This document shows, piece by piece, positions 14,155 to 28,592 of a DNA stretch of 64,000 bases (position 1 is its first letter; each line of letters begins with the position of its first letter). The translations under genes and the position numbers were made by a program. This DNA comes from Octopus vulgaris (taxonomy: Eukaryota). Location: assembly GCA_951406725.2 (NCBI GenBank), contig OX597820.1:18166001-18230000 (forward strand), in the 5' to 3' direction. The notes below the pieces were generated by a model. The model was not told the DNA's origin. It made no database searches and saw only the letters and a list, made by a program, of their open reading frames with translations.

Positions 14155-14193
<39 letters not shown>

Positions 14194-14529
14194 AGCAAAA
14201 CGCCCCCCCCCCCCCCATCCAATGGAGGGTGCTGAGTTGTCAAACATTTAAACCAAATTTTCTAAAAACAACTAAAAACAACCTAAATTTGAGACACCAG
14301 CAAAAGAAGAAATAAAGATAGACATTTTTTCTGTTCCAAAGAAAAACGATTTTATTCACACAAATATGCAACCAATGAATTTAAAGTACCAGTAATGATA
14401 AGGCTGTTGACTGGGAGAACACAAATATGGTTTAAACAGTAAGCTTGGCAGGAAAGAAACGTGCCTTTAAGCAGTACAAAAAATGGAAGGTGCAGTTATG
14501 TACAGGTTGACAGAAGAAAAGCAGGACAA

Positions 14530-15050
14530 AAATGGCTTTATTGATCGCATTTCCACCTGGAATCGATTTAAATCGATCAATGGAAATTGCAGATGTGTTA
14601 CCAGTGCCGGTGGCATGTCGAAACTCTACTTGTGAAGACCCGTTGAGGCAAGTGAGGATCAGAATGGAAATCGATCAATGGAAATTGCAGATGTGTTACC
14701 AGTGCCGGTGGCATGTAAGAGAACCTTCCGTTTCGCAACCGTTGCCAGCACCGCCCTGTTTCATGTCCGTTGCCAGCCTCGCCTGGCCCTTGTGCCGGTG
14801 GCACATAAAAAGCACCATCCGTTCGTGGCCGTTTGCCAGCTCTGTCTGGCACCTGTGCGGGTGGCACGTAAAAAGCACCCACTACACTCACGGAGTGGTT
14901 GGCGTTAGGAAGGGCATCCAGCCATAGAAACACTGCCAGATTTGACTGGGCCTGATGAAGCCTTCTGGCTTCACAGACCCCAGTAGAACCGTCCAACCCA
15001 TGCTAGCATGGAAAACGGACGTTAAACGACGATGATGATGACGATGATGA
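14530..15050 (+). mobile_element. RTE LINE 3' UTR fragment
   Basis: Same 3' end as 37152-37440 (GGAGTGGTTGGCGTTAGGAAGGGCATCCAGC...CCATGCTAGCATGGAAAACGGACGTTAAACGACGATGATG). Other copies: 4690-4880(-), ~24010-24220(+), 28606-28871(-), 32485-32932(-), 36925-37084(+), 39440-39790(-), 40065-40476(+), 52309-52547(+). Confidence 0.85.
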
Positions 15051-15205
15051 TTTCAAGACCTATACATGCCCTGATACCGTTGGTATCTACATATCAAATT
15101 TGAGTGCAATCGGATGGAGAATGCCCGAGATCCCCGAAGACACACACAGACAGACAGAACGGATTTTATATAAGAGAATATACATATATATATATATATT
15201 ATATA

Positions 15206-15511
15206 TAAATTAGAAAAAAACACCTTTTATCAATTCAAAATGAAAAATTAAATTACACAATCTAGAAAATTACATATAATAGAAATATTAAATATAAGAT
15301 AAAAAATATACCGATGATTAAGTAATGTGCAAAATAATAAATAAAACGTATATATTTGGTAGAATAACGTTTTATTTATTATTTTGCACATTACTTAATC
15401 ATCGGTATATTTTTTATCTTATATTTAATATTTTCTACTATATGTAATTTTCTAGATGGTGTGATTTAATTTTTCATTTTGAATTGATAAAAGGTGTTTT
15501 TTTCTAATTTA
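15206..15511. repeat. Long inverted repeat (~145-bp arms)
   Basis: 15206-15349 is a near-perfect reverse complement of 15367-15511. Confidence 0.9.
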
Positions 15512-15614
15512 AATATGTATATATTATATTTTGTGAAATTTGATTTAGTATTTCTAAATTGAATTTTTCCCTGTAAGTTTGGAATAATATTCCCTCAAAT
15601 TATTATTATATATC

Positions 15615-15740
<126 letters not shown>

Positions 15741-16029
15741 TCAATAGAGTTTTATTGCAGGTGCCATGCGGGAGTCATTATCTCTATTGTGACATTTTCA
15801 AATCTAGGCTGGAGTGACATTTTGACTGGGCTTAGCTTCACGGAGAGAGACGGAGGAACTCCACCATTTTATCCATCCCCTGCTGATCTCATGTACAGCT
15901 GCACTTCGATCTTGCAATCCCTACCCTCAAAACAAACAAACTTGCCATTCTGTTGTCATTCCAGGCTACAATTGTCATATTGATTTTATTTTTTGATGCT
16001 CTTGTAGTTGTTGCTGTTGTTATTGTTGT

Positions 16030-16450
16030 TGCTGGTGGAGGTGGTGGTGGCAGAAGAGGTGATGGTGGTGGCAGTGATGGTAGTGATGGCGATGGGGGTA
16101 GTGGTTGTGATGGTAGTGATGGTGGTGATGGTGGTGGTGATGATGGTGGTGGTTGTGGTGACAGTGCTAGTGGTTATGGCGGTAATGGTGATAGTGATGG
16201 TGGTAGTGCTGGTGGTGATGGTGGTGGTGATGATGGCAGTAGTGGTGGTTGTGATGTTGGTGACAGTGGTGGTAGTGGTGGTGATGGCAGTGTTGGTGAT
16301 ATTGGTGGTGGTGATAGCAGTGGTGGTAATGGTGGTGATGGTGGTGGTGATGGCAGTTGTGGTGGCGGTGGTGGTAGTAATTGTGATGGCGATGGTGATA
16401 GTGGTGGTGGTGATGGTGGTGGCGGCTGCAGCAGTGACGGCGGGTGTAAT
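16030..16450 (+). repeat. (GGT/GAT)n low-complexity tract
   Basis: Direct inspection; it explains the Gly/Asp-rich ORF 15953-16684. Confidence 0.9.
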
Positions 16451-16769
16451 GGCAGAACTAAATGCTTACTCTTTCCTTATTGTTGCTCTTGTTGCTGTTG
16501 CTATTCATGCACACACACACAACTTATAGTTATACACATCCAATTCCTCTCTCTCTCTCTCTCTCTCTCCTCCTCTCTCTGTCTCATGCATTCTGCCTCA
16601 TACGCATACATAAACCCGTGCATGTGCAAACACACACACACACACATTCAGATATCCATAGGAAATGGAAATGTACGGATATGAAGATAATTCATTCTCA
16701 AGCGCAGAATAATGCATGAACAGCGTGAACAGGATATCATCCTTATATTGCTGAAAAAAATCTGTCAGC

Positions 16770-16842
16770 AGCCAGCCATGAGACCCAAACTCACATCTCT
16801 GTGATTACTGGTCAAGTGCTTTACCATTAAGCTAAACTGCCC
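16770..16842 (-). other. Decayed tRNA-like sequence (tRNA pseudogene or SINE head, AGT anticodon-like)
   Basis: Reverse GGGCAGTTTAGCTTAATGGTAAAGCACTTGACCAGTAATCACAGAGATGTGAGTTTGGGTCTC. The A box is good; the T arm and acceptor stem are decayed. Confidence 0.45.
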
Positions 16843-17243
16843 ACTCACAAATTTTTCAGCTATTTTTTAACTTATAAACTTATAAAGCATTCTTATAGTC
16901 GCTGTATGAAATGGAAATGCTTGAGGATGTACGTGTGCAAATGCATGCATAAATGCATTTGCACATGTACATGGGTGCATGTGTATATGCATGCATATTT
17001 TTATGTGTGCATATACATGTATGTGTGTATGTGCATGTGTGTGTATGTGTATGTTTATGCATCTGTGCATGTGTGCATGTGTATATACATGCATGTGTGT
17101 ACGTATATGTGAGTGTATGTTTGTGCATCTGTGAATGTGTGCATGTGTATATACATGCATGTGTGTAAGTGTATGTTTGTGCATCAGTGCATGTGTGTAT
17201 GTGTGTATGTGTGTATGTTTGTGCATCTGTGCATGTGTGTATG

Positions 17244-18009
17244 TACAAAGTTGGATTTCAGGAGAGGGCTGCAATAAGAAAACCACTACTTTCAGAAACA
17301 AATGTTGCAAAGCATTTAGAGTGAAGTAAAAACCTACAGAATTGGTCCCTAGAGCAGTGGAAGAATGTTATTTTCCCGGATGAGTCATCCTTTACCTTAT
17401 ATCCAACCACCGACCGAGTATACATGTGGAGACAGCCAAAAGAAGCATTTGACCCAGACTGCCTTCTTCCAACTGTTAAACAAGGAGGAGGATCTGTGAT
17501 GATGTGGAGGGCTACATCTAAGAAATCCGCCAGCCCAATGGTTTCCCTTCATGGCAAAATTAATAGTCAAGACTATTTAAGCATTTTATCTGATCAAATT
17601 CATCCTTTGGTCGCGGAAATGTTTCTGGAGGGAAATACAATCTTTCAGGATGATAATGCATCAATTCACACAGCTAAAGTTGTTACTGAATGGCACGAGG
17701 AACATTCTAGTGAAGTTGAACATCTTATCTGGCCACCACAGTCCCTAGATCTCAATATTATTGAACATTTATGGTGCATTTTAGGGAAACAAGTCAGGAG
17801 TTGATATCCTCAACCATGATCACTACAAGAACTAGAGACTGTTTTAGCTGAAGAATGGACAAAAATTCCTTTGGAAACAATTCAAACTTTGTATGAGCCC
17901 ATGCCTCATAGAATTCAAGCTGTAATTACTGCCAAAGGTGGTCCTGCTCCATATTAAAATAAATTTGTTTGAAATTTTAAGGTATTTCCATTGTTTTGTC
18001 CAACCTCTG
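17244..18009 (+). pseudogene. Tc1-like (DD34E) transposon, 3' half
   Basis: FPDESSF, PTVKQGGGSVMMW, IFQDDNASIH, WPPQSLDLNIIEHLW; right TIR GTATTTCCATTGTTTTGTCCAACCTCTG-TA. Confidence 0.9.
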
Positions 18010-18209
18010 TATGTTTTTCAAAATAATGGTGTGTCTTGTAGTTTCCAAGGTTCAGGTGAGACTGTGTGCTCAAGAATCTTGCTTCTCAACCATGAAGTCT
18101 TGTGTTCAGTTCCAATGTTTGGTACCTTGGACAAGTGTCTTCAACTATAGCTTCATATTGACCAAAGCCTTGAGAGTGAATTTGGTAGATGGAAACTGAA
18201 AGAAGCCTA

Positions 18210-18413
18210 TTACTCTTTTACACTTTTGCTCATTTCAGTCATTTGACTGTGGCCATGCTGGAGCACCACCTTTAGTCGAGCAAATCGACCCCAGGACTTA
18301 TTCTTTGTACACCTAGTACTTATTCTATTGGTTTCTTTTACTGAAACACTAAGTTACAGGGACGTAAACACACTAACATCAGTTGTCAAGTGATGTTGGG
18401 AGGACAAACATAT

Positions 18414-18444
<31 letters not shown>

Positions 18445-18617
18445 CATATATACGACAGGCTTCTTTCAGTTTCCGTCTACCAAATCCACTCACAAGGATT
18501 TGGTCGGCCCGAGGCTATAGTAGAAGATACTTGCCCACGGTGCCATACAGTGGGACTGAACCCAGAACCATGTGGTTGGTAAGCAAGCTACTTACCACAC
18601 AGCCACTCCTGCGCCTA
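18210..18617 (-). mobile_element. SINE family A
   Basis: Full-length reverse copy, abutting a plus-strand partial copy at 18060-18208. Confidence 0.88.
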
Positions 18618-20107
18618 TTGTATACATATGAGTGTACATGTGTGTATTTACGTGTGTGTGTGTTTACGTGTGTGTGTGTTTACATGTGTGTGCGTGCGTT
18701 TGTGCATGTGTGTGTGTGTGCATGTGTATGTGTGTGTGTGTTAGTGTGTACCCTTAACCTAACCATTTACAACCTGTGATGGTTGTAAATGAACAACCTT
18801 GTCATACCAGTGACGTTGTTTGTTTCCAGTCTTCCATGAAAAAGAAACATGTCTAGCGTCTGATAAAATACTAACCTGCTTGGAGACAGGTGAGGGTTCG
18901 CAACAGTAAGAGCATCCGACTATAGAAAATTTACTTTAACAAACTCTATCCGACTCATGCAAGCATGGAAAAGCAAAAAGTAAATGACGATGACGACGAC
19001 GACGATGATGATGATGATGATGATGATGATGACGATGATAACCACAATAACAACTAATGATATTGTTGGTGGAGGTGTTGTTGTTGTTGTGTTGGTAGTT
19101 TTGGTGGCAGCAAATTTTTTGATGGAGATGTGACTGGCACATTGAGCAGGACCAGCTATGACACACAAAATACTCTTGACAGCCCAATATAACTTTGCTT
19201 TCGTTTCCGAAAAAATCTAGTGCATAAAATTCAAAACAAAACATACATAATTATGATATTGAGTCTTAGAACTTGCACATAAAATTCACATTTCATGATA
19301 TATTATAGATAAATATGTGTGATTTACATTCTTAATGCAAACATAAGCAAAATGCAAGATATAATATTATAAATATAATTACAGATCTTAACGGAAGCAA
19401 ACAAATATAACTTCAAAGCTATTTAATTCAGCAGTAAATTTTCTTTGTGTTTTTTCAATGATGGCTTATGTTTATAAAATTTAAGATGTATCATAAATAT
19501 ATATGACTTAAGTTCTTAATGATAGCATGCAAATATAACATATAATGCTCGTATTAGAGACATGTCACAAATAGCTGTGACATGTATTGATGTTACTAAC
19601 CACACCTAGAACAACGCAGCAGCAAATATTACGCAGAATGGAAAACGAATGCGAGCTTTTATATTCGCTGAAAAATAAAAAAAAAATTTATATAAATATA
19701 TATTAGAAGAAAATAATTCAAAGGAGATTTTAGATTTTTTAGTTCATTTTACCAAACTGACACTTGGTAAAAAAAAAAAAAACATATTTAGGAAGAATCT
19801 GGAAAAAGTAAAAAAAAAAATGTAATTTATTTTTGCTTAGAAGATCAATGGAGACCTATGATCTATCTGTTCTATCAATCTATCTGTTATATATATATAG
19901 CTCTCTCTCTCTCTCTCTCTCACTCTCTCACTGTTTCTCTCTTACCCATTTATGTGTATATATATATAAATATACATACATATGTATATATAAGTGTGTA
20001 TGTATAGACACAAACATATGTATATGTATATATATATATATATATGTAAGTTTGTATGGATGTATATAGATATATACATATATGTATATATATGTACACA
20101 CATGCAC

Positions 20108-20142
<35 letters not shown>

Positions 20143-20614
20143 CCATAGGTATATATATATATAAATACAAACACACACAGATATGTATATGTATATATAT
20201 ATATGTGTGTATATATATATATACATATATAAATACATATATGCATATATGTATATATATGTGTGTATATATATGTGTGTGTATAAATATATACCAATGC
20301 ATTTATGTGTATATGTGTATATGTGTGTATGTGTGTGCACATACATTTCAATGTTCACTAATGCATACGTACATACAGGTACATTCAAAAGAAAAGTATT
20401 TTTACTATGAACGTATGCATATGCGTGCGAGTAGAAGGATGTATACGTGCATGTGAGCATGCTTCTCTGTGCAATCATATATGCATGTGTAAGTGAAGGT
20501 GCATTGTTTTGCATATAGTGGTGCACATGTAGACATGCATTCTATTCTTTGGTACGTTTGGGAGTGAACTTCACTGTATACACACACACACACACACACA
20601 CAAGTATACATACA

Positions 20615-20708
<94 letters not shown>

Positions 20709-20845
20709 CATATATATATATATATATGTAATGATAGGTAGTTATGGTATAATTCTATGTATAGATGTAAAATTTTCGGTTTTATTTATGTAAGTATGTA
20801 TATTGTATATGTGTATATATATATATGTGTGTGTATATATATATA

Positions 20846-20879
<34 letters not shown>

Positions 20880-20911
20880 CATACATATATATATTAATAT
20901 ATATATATATG

Positions 20912-20948
<37 letters not shown>

Positions 20949-21158
20949 TTTTTTGGGGGGGAGAGAGAAAGAAAGAGAGACATAGGTACACTTTTACATG
21001 TGAACTGTATTATGCAAATTTTTTTTTTCCAGAATTTTTTTTTTTTTGGTATCTTTCACGTAGATGTATGTCATTGCTCTCACTAGGAAACAGTTCATGG
21101 AGTTCTCTGGTAGGAAACATACTCTTTACCAAAAACTGGTATGCATTTTAAGAACGAT

Positions 21159-21217
<59 letters not shown>

Positions 21218-22635
21218 TATAGTTCTTAAAATACAAATTTCTTGCTGAAGAGTATATTTCTCACCTGACAATTCTATAAACCATTAGATAATGAGAACAA
21301 TGGCATAAATTTCAATGCACACACATACATACACGCACATATACACATACATACACTTATATAAATTACACATGATTTTACGATTGGCCACTCACGCCTT
21401 CCTCACATCTTCCCCACATTTTGCACACCCACGACCTCTACCGGTGCCTGCACTTATCAACCCCATACTACAGGCACCCAAGCCTCATCGCTAGTCCATC
21501 CCTTACACCATGGAGACACTCTGATAATTATGCAAGGGGCATAACTCCTGATGAACTTCTCTTCTGAACTTTTCCCAGGGGTGTCTTTTGTGGTGGTTTT
21601 TCAGGACATTTTCTTTCGGGTCCAGTAGCGGTTTGTTGTTTGTGGCAATATTTTTACAAGCACGGTGTCCTCACTGGAATCTGGACTCTAGTCTGTCTGC
21701 AGTTGGGATAAGACTGTTCACATTGACAGAGACCATTCACACACACACACACATACATATACATGTAGTTCTTAAAATACAAATTTTTTGCTGAAGAGTA
21801 TATTTCTCATACATACATACATACATACATACATACATACATACATACATACATCATACATAATTCCTATATCTGGGTTAAAAATTTACACTTACATCAA
21901 TGATAATTGGAGCATTTGGTTTTGCAAGGAAATACCTAAGTGTCAGGCTGGATCAGCTTGGATTTTCAAAAAAAGAAATCAACATTACAAATACAATTTT
22001 GTAAGCGGAACAGTAAAACTCTGCAAAACTTTTTCCAAGTTTAAAATGTGACATTGTTTTCAATATCTACATTCCAAAGATGGAGCTTTGGATCTTTGTT
22101 AGACACCAGTTCCTTTTCCAGAGGAAGAATTTAAATACAGTCATAGCTCAGCTTATGAGAACCTATTTTACGAGGCACCAGGTTTACAAGTTTCATTTTA
22201 TAATATAAATAAAAGGTTAAACAGTCATTCTATGGCTATTTTGTGTGTGTGGCAATCTTGCAACATGAAGCAACACTGGTTCTGATGTGTCTACACAGCG
22301 ATGGAGTAAAACGATGCTATAAAATTTCATTGCAACCATGGGAAATTATTGCCCTGCTTTATGAATTTTTGTTTTAGAAGCAGTCTCTGTGAACAAATTA
22401 ACTCGTAAATTGAGGCATTAATGTAATTAAAAATAGAAGAGATACACACATACATACATACATACATACATACATGTATACATGCACACAAACATACATA
22501 CATGCATGCATACTTACATACATACATGTATACATACATACATACATACATACATACATACATACATACATACATAAATACATGCATGCATACATACATA
22601 CATACATACATACATACATACATACATGCGTACAT

Positions 22636-22975
22636 ATGCTGAAGATCAGTGAAAAAGAGAACACCAATGCTGACTATTGAGAAATCTGCAGTTACTCTAT
22701 CTAGATTACAAGTTCAGGTTTATACCTGTAATTATTGGGGCCATGAGATATGTAACACACTGCCTAAATACCAATCATGACAATTTAGGCTTCTCAAAAG
22801 CAGAAAGGAGAAAGCTAATTTGAAGACTACAGATTCAATCCATCACGGGAACTGTAAAAATCTGTAAAATTTTCCAGATGTTTATCATTTAAATATATAT
22901 GAGCATGTCTAGATATGTAACTATATGCATGAGAATACATACACAAAACATACAAATCTACACATTTACATACAA
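22636..22975 (+). mobile_element. RLE-type non-LTR retrotransposon 3' end in (TACA)n; relative at 21857-22051
   Basis: KISEKEN...RNLQLLYLDYKFRFIPVIIGA...LGFSK...LQIQSITGTVKICKIF; the second copy reads MIIGAFG...LGFSKKE...SGTVKLCKTF. Confidence 0.7.
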
Positions 22976-24291
22976 ACATTCATACATACATACATACATA
23001 CATACATACATACATACATACAATCAACTACCAATACAGAAAATTATTCAATAGAAACAACTTTAAACTTAGTTACAGCTGCAGTACCAATATGAATAAC
23101 TTAACCTTTAAAGAAACTAAATCAACTGAGATGCAGTAATACAAATGCATATTCACTTGAGGAGTCATGCAACACTTTAGTGAGAATATACAGCAGAATA
23201 TACAAACCAAATCAAATCTTAATATCTATGTCTTTATTACCCACAAGGGGCTAAACATAGAGGGGACAAACCAGGACAGACAAAGAGATTAAGTCGATTA
23301 TATCGACTCCAGTGCATAAGTGGCATTTATTTAATCGATTTCGAAAGGATGAAAGGCAAAGTCAAAGTGAGCTGGCAGAAACGTTAGCAAACCGGGTGAA
23401 ATGCTTAGCGGTATTTCGTCTGCTGCTACGTTCTGAGTTCAAATTCCGCCTAGGTCGACTTTGCCTTTCATCCTTTCGGGGTTGATTGAATAAGTACCAG
23501 TTACACACTGGGGTCGATATAATTGACTTAATCCGTTTGTCTGTCCTTGTTTGTCCCCTCTGTGTTTAGCCCCTTGTGGGCAGTAAAGAAATAAGAATTT
23601 GAACTCAGAACGTAATGGCAGATGAAATACTGCTAAGCATTTTGCCCCGTGTGCTAATATTTTTGCCAGCTTGCCACCTTAGATCAGATCATAATATCAA
23701 ACATAAAGAATATGTAGATATGATGGAAGGGAAAATTGGAACTTCTAATATACACACATCTTGGATACAAGACATGAAGACAGTTGATTCAATTAAAAAA
23801 TATTTTTTTACAGGAGTCAAAATACACAAGATGTAAAGATATCTGGTACTTTCGAAACTATTGTGTCATTATGTGGCACCAATGCCACTGCTATTATGTG
23901 GTGTGTGTGTGTGTGTGTGAGTCTGTCTGTAGGTCTATCTGTCTGTGTGGGAGCATGTATATATGATGATGATGATGATGATGATGATGACAGCGATGAT
24001 GATTAAGTCAACCATAAAGTAAGCATTGGTGCCACATAGAAAAAAATCACCCAGTAAACTCTGTAAAGCGATTGGCATTAAGAAGAGTATCTAGCTATAG
24101 AAACCAAGCCAAAACTGACAATTGAATCTTGTGTGGCCCCTGGCTTTGCCAGTTCCTGTCAAACTCTCCAGCCCGTTCCAGCATTAAAAATAGATGCTAA
24201 ATGCTGCTGCTGCTGCTGATATATACAACCGGCTTTTTTTCAAATTCTGTTTAACAAATCCACTCACATGACTTTGATCAGTCCAAGTCTA

Positions 24292-25108
24292 CAGTCACGG
24301 CCAAAAGTTTTGGAACATATTTTCGTATACGTGATGTACAAGCTTCTATTTATTAAAAGTAAGCAATTTGGTCAAGAACTATTGGGTTGTCTGGAAAGTG
24401 CGTGCCAATTTATAGTAGCTTACCTTTTGACTTATTTTAGAACAAGGTTGAGTCCATAAAATAGGATCCGACTACACCTCCATTTAGAGCACAGTTTAAG
24501 CTATCTTTTCGTGGAAGAAGCTTTATGTTCCTATAACCTGTGTTAATTCTGTAACCCTTTAAAATGGAAGATAAGAAAGTTCATTTTCGGCACTTGATGC
24601 TTTCAGAACCAGACAAAAATTGCTGCAGCTCGGTTGGGATGTGTTACCCCACCCTCCATATTCACCAGATATTGCTCCTTCGGATTTCCACTTATTCAGG
24701 TCTCTGCAGAATAGTCTTAATGGTAAAAATTTCAATTCCTTGGATGACGTAAAAAGATACCTTGATGAATTCTTTGCCATGAAACCACCTCAGTTCTGGG
24801 AAGAGGGTATTTTCAAGTTAAATGGAAAGATGGAGACGCATTGTGCAACAAAATGGTTCATATTTGGTTGATTAAAAATGTAATGGCAATTATCTATTGA
24901 CCTTTTTCTTTCCTTTAGAAATCGGCAAGAACTTTCCAGACAACCCAATATATTTTTGGGTTTTGGCTATTTTTTCTTCTAGATATTGACTCATTGGATC
25001 ATGTATTAGGTAAGTATATCTCTACATTGCATATATTTGAATCGAATTGTACTTGGGAATAACAATTTTAATTTTTAAAAAAAGGTTCTAAGCTTTTGGT
25101 CATGACTG
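24292..25108. mobile_element. Tc1-like MITE hosting the mariner and inserted in a family A SINE
   Basis: TIRs CAGTCACGGCCAAAAGTTTTGGAAC / GTTCTAAGCTTTTGGTCATGACTG with TA on both sides; SINE sequence resumes as TAGTAGAAAGACA. Confidence 0.8.
24382..24948 (+). mobile_element. Internally deleted mariner with both TIRs
   Basis: TA-TTGGGTTGTCTGGAAAGT...ACTTTCCAGACAACCCAA-TA; MEDKKVHFRHLML fused to LGWDVLPHPPYSPDIAPSDFHLFRSL. Confidence 0.9.
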
Positions 25109-26484
25109 TATAGTAGAAAGACATTTGCTCAAAGTGCCACAGAGTAGGAGAGAACCCAGAATCATGTGGTTGGGGAGCAAATTTCCTACCTTACATTCAT
25201 GCCTGGCACATTGCAAAGGAGTTGGCTCCTTTGCAAGCATGTAGACTTGGTTCCTAGTTTGAAGATCCCTTCTTTTCTGTCCCTTCTTCCCACCAGTGTC
25301 AGAGACCTTGTAAAAGGTCATGAGCACCGTCTTTTGCCTCTATTAAAACCAAATAGTTGATTTACAGTTGTTTGAAATGATCGCAAGTCTATCAATTCTT
25401 GGAGAACACATGAAGTCGGCTGCAGCCTCTTTCTCCAGACTAAAGTGCTACAACAATAACAACAGCAACAGCTTCGACTTTGACTTTCAATTTTACTCTT
25501 CTCCACTATACTCTAATGCATTACTGCCTACTAAAATAGAAAAAAATACTGAATATATAATCTTGAAAAATTCTTGGTGACAATAAGTTCAAAGCCTGGA
25601 GAAAAAAAAATGATTGAAAAAGATTTTTAGATTCCTGAACATGCATATTTTATGGATTCAACATTAATTAGTGATGCTCTTAAAGATTTCCATGTTTTGT
25701 GAAATGAAAGAAAAAAGGGAAATGAGAAAAAGTGGTTGGAACAAAGATATGGCAGAAAATACTTTTAAAAAATTGTATGAATCATGCAGTGTTTCGATTC
25801 TTAGTTAGAACTGTTTCATTTTATGTTTGGTAATGTGCTTTTTGGAAGCAGCATTGGTAGATCAATTTTACCATTTTCTTTCTTTCTTGTAAATCTGGAG
25901 TGTAAAGTCTGAGTCAAAAAGAACAACAAAGAAGAATGAAAAGAAAATGGAAACGTTTACATAATCTTATGAAGTCTTTGAATGAAGCATGATGGCTTTG
26001 AGATTAAGGTGCTGAAATCCTGACAACAAGATTAGGATTTCAAACTTTGCTACAATATTTGTGTCGTTTGTAGCCATTGGGGAAAAGAACCACTAATCTA
26101 CTAGCCTCACTGTTTCGAGACAGCAACAAAATCTATTCCGACTTTTCAAACGGTGGGAGGAAAAACACCAAACAGAAAAAAAAAAATCAAACTAACAAAC
26201 AAATATATAAATATACAAATAAATAAAAACGTTGCTCAGACATTATGCAATTAACAAAATTTGTGAAAAATCAACCCACTGACACTAATACGATAGAAAT
26301 GGCTGCAAAAATATTACAAAACAGTTAAGAATATGGTATTGTTTGTATAAACATTGTATGTTTATATAAACATGTAGTGTTTATATAAACAGTATGTGTT
26401 TATTTAAAGAATGTAATCACATTTATTATTTCTATGGTTGTTTAAGATATTTATATACCATCTTTCATTTTATGTGTGTACCTA

Positions 26485-26533
<49 letters not shown>

Positions 26534-26910
26534 GTCTTGCAACCTCTCTGTTGGTTAATCCAAGACTATAGTCTTCAATCTTGGAACGGCGGTTAAATAT
26601 CTGAGTACATTCTTCAATCTAAGCATCAATGCGCTCTTTAACCGACAAATACGTTCTTGAAGATGCAAGTATAATCTATCATTTGCAAAAATGTATCATT
26701 TTTTTTTTTCTCTCTTTTTTATTTCTCTTTCGTTATTTTTTTTTTTTTCCGTTTTCATATCTGTGGATGATATGTTCTTTAATCTGTGAAAATATTATTT
26801 GATCTCTGCATATGTGTACTATAAACATACACAATACAAACATGCATACGCAATACAAACACACATACACACATGTCTACACACAACACACACACATACA
26901 TACATATATA

Positions 26911-26955
<45 letters not shown>

Positions 26956-26971
26956 ATATATATATACATAC

Positions 26972-27020
<49 letters not shown>

Positions 27021-27216
27021 CATATATATATCATATATCATATATATATATATATTTGTTTATAAAAACAAATGAATGTATATAGATATATACATCTACA
27101 TATACATACACATACAAGACACACATACATATATATATATGTGTGTATGTATATGTATATATAAATAAATATATACATACCTATATATGTATGTTTGTAT
27201 ATATGTATGTATATAC

Positions 27217-27277
<61 letters not shown>

Positions 27278-27947
27278 CATACTTATGTATATATATATAT
27301 GCATATATATATACATGTATATATATATATAAATATATACACACGCATATTATATAAATATATATATACATTATGTATATATACTTTGATGTTAATCTTT
27401 AATCTGAATGGGTATACTCACAATGCTGTCTTTATAATATAAACTTGTTTACAGACATATAAGAGCGCGTATGAGGATTTGAGTTCACAAACAGTGTGTG
27501 TGTCTGTGTGTGCATGTGCACTTTTGTGCATGCATGTGTATGTGTGTGTGTGCAGAAGCACACACGTTTGTCTGCAAACATATGCTTACACACAAGAAGA
27601 TCGGTCCCGTAGGTATATGAGCTTTTGAAGATAAAAACTAATAAATTCTGTCTTATAGGATACCTGTATGGTATCCTATAAGACTTGTGTGTGTGTGGAC
27701 ATGTATGTATGTATATATATATCTATACATATAAGTCTGTATTATGTGTGTGTGTGTGTGTGTATTTATGAATGAACATAAACTTGTGTATTTATGTCTA
27801 TAAGATAAACACATATACACATAAAGTATATATGATGTATATGCACAGTTAATTTTATATGTGTATATCTATAGCATATATGCATGTATATATATATATA
27901 TATATATATAAATATGTATGTATGCATGTATAAATATGTATATATAC

Positions 27948-28078
<131 letters not shown>

Positions 28079-28380
28079 GACATGCATATATACATATATG
28101 GGTATATACATACACATAGTCATACAATATGCTCGAATGTATGCATTCATACAGAAATATATATATGTATGAAACCTGTCAACGCAATCTCCAAATTTTT
28201 CTCTGTGTGAAGAGAATAACAACATATATTTACATCTGTTTACTTTCTACAGTGCAGTCATTGTAAACTGTAGGCCAGATGTATTTATCTTAGATTTTCT
28301 AATTTGCAGTGTCTCTGCATAATGTGTGTGTATACATACATGCAAACATATATATGATGATGATGATACATACATACACA

Positions 28381-28592
28381 CTTGTGTGTGACCGCATGTG
28401 TAACGTTGGCGATTTTTTTTCCTCTGTCTTCCTTTATCTGGATCTTTCCTTCTCCTATGTTTTCGACGAAGAGCTCCGCTCGAAATGTTAAACCCTCCTT
28501 CTTTCCTTCTTTCCTGAGCATCCAATAATACTATATTTGTTCCATGTCCTCGCGTTGTTGTGTTTTTTTGTGCTTTCATGTTTGGATTAACT
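28381..28592 (+). mobile_element. ~210-bp PLE pLTR-like fragment with decayed HHR, ending in (TA)n; reverse copy at 36445-36652
   Basis: GTTT-TCGACGA-A-GAGC-TCC-GCTC-GAAA-TGTT-AAAC at 28459-28493. The copy at 36547-36580(-) reads CTGACAAAGAGCTCCATTCGAAACATTAAA. Confidence 0.65.
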
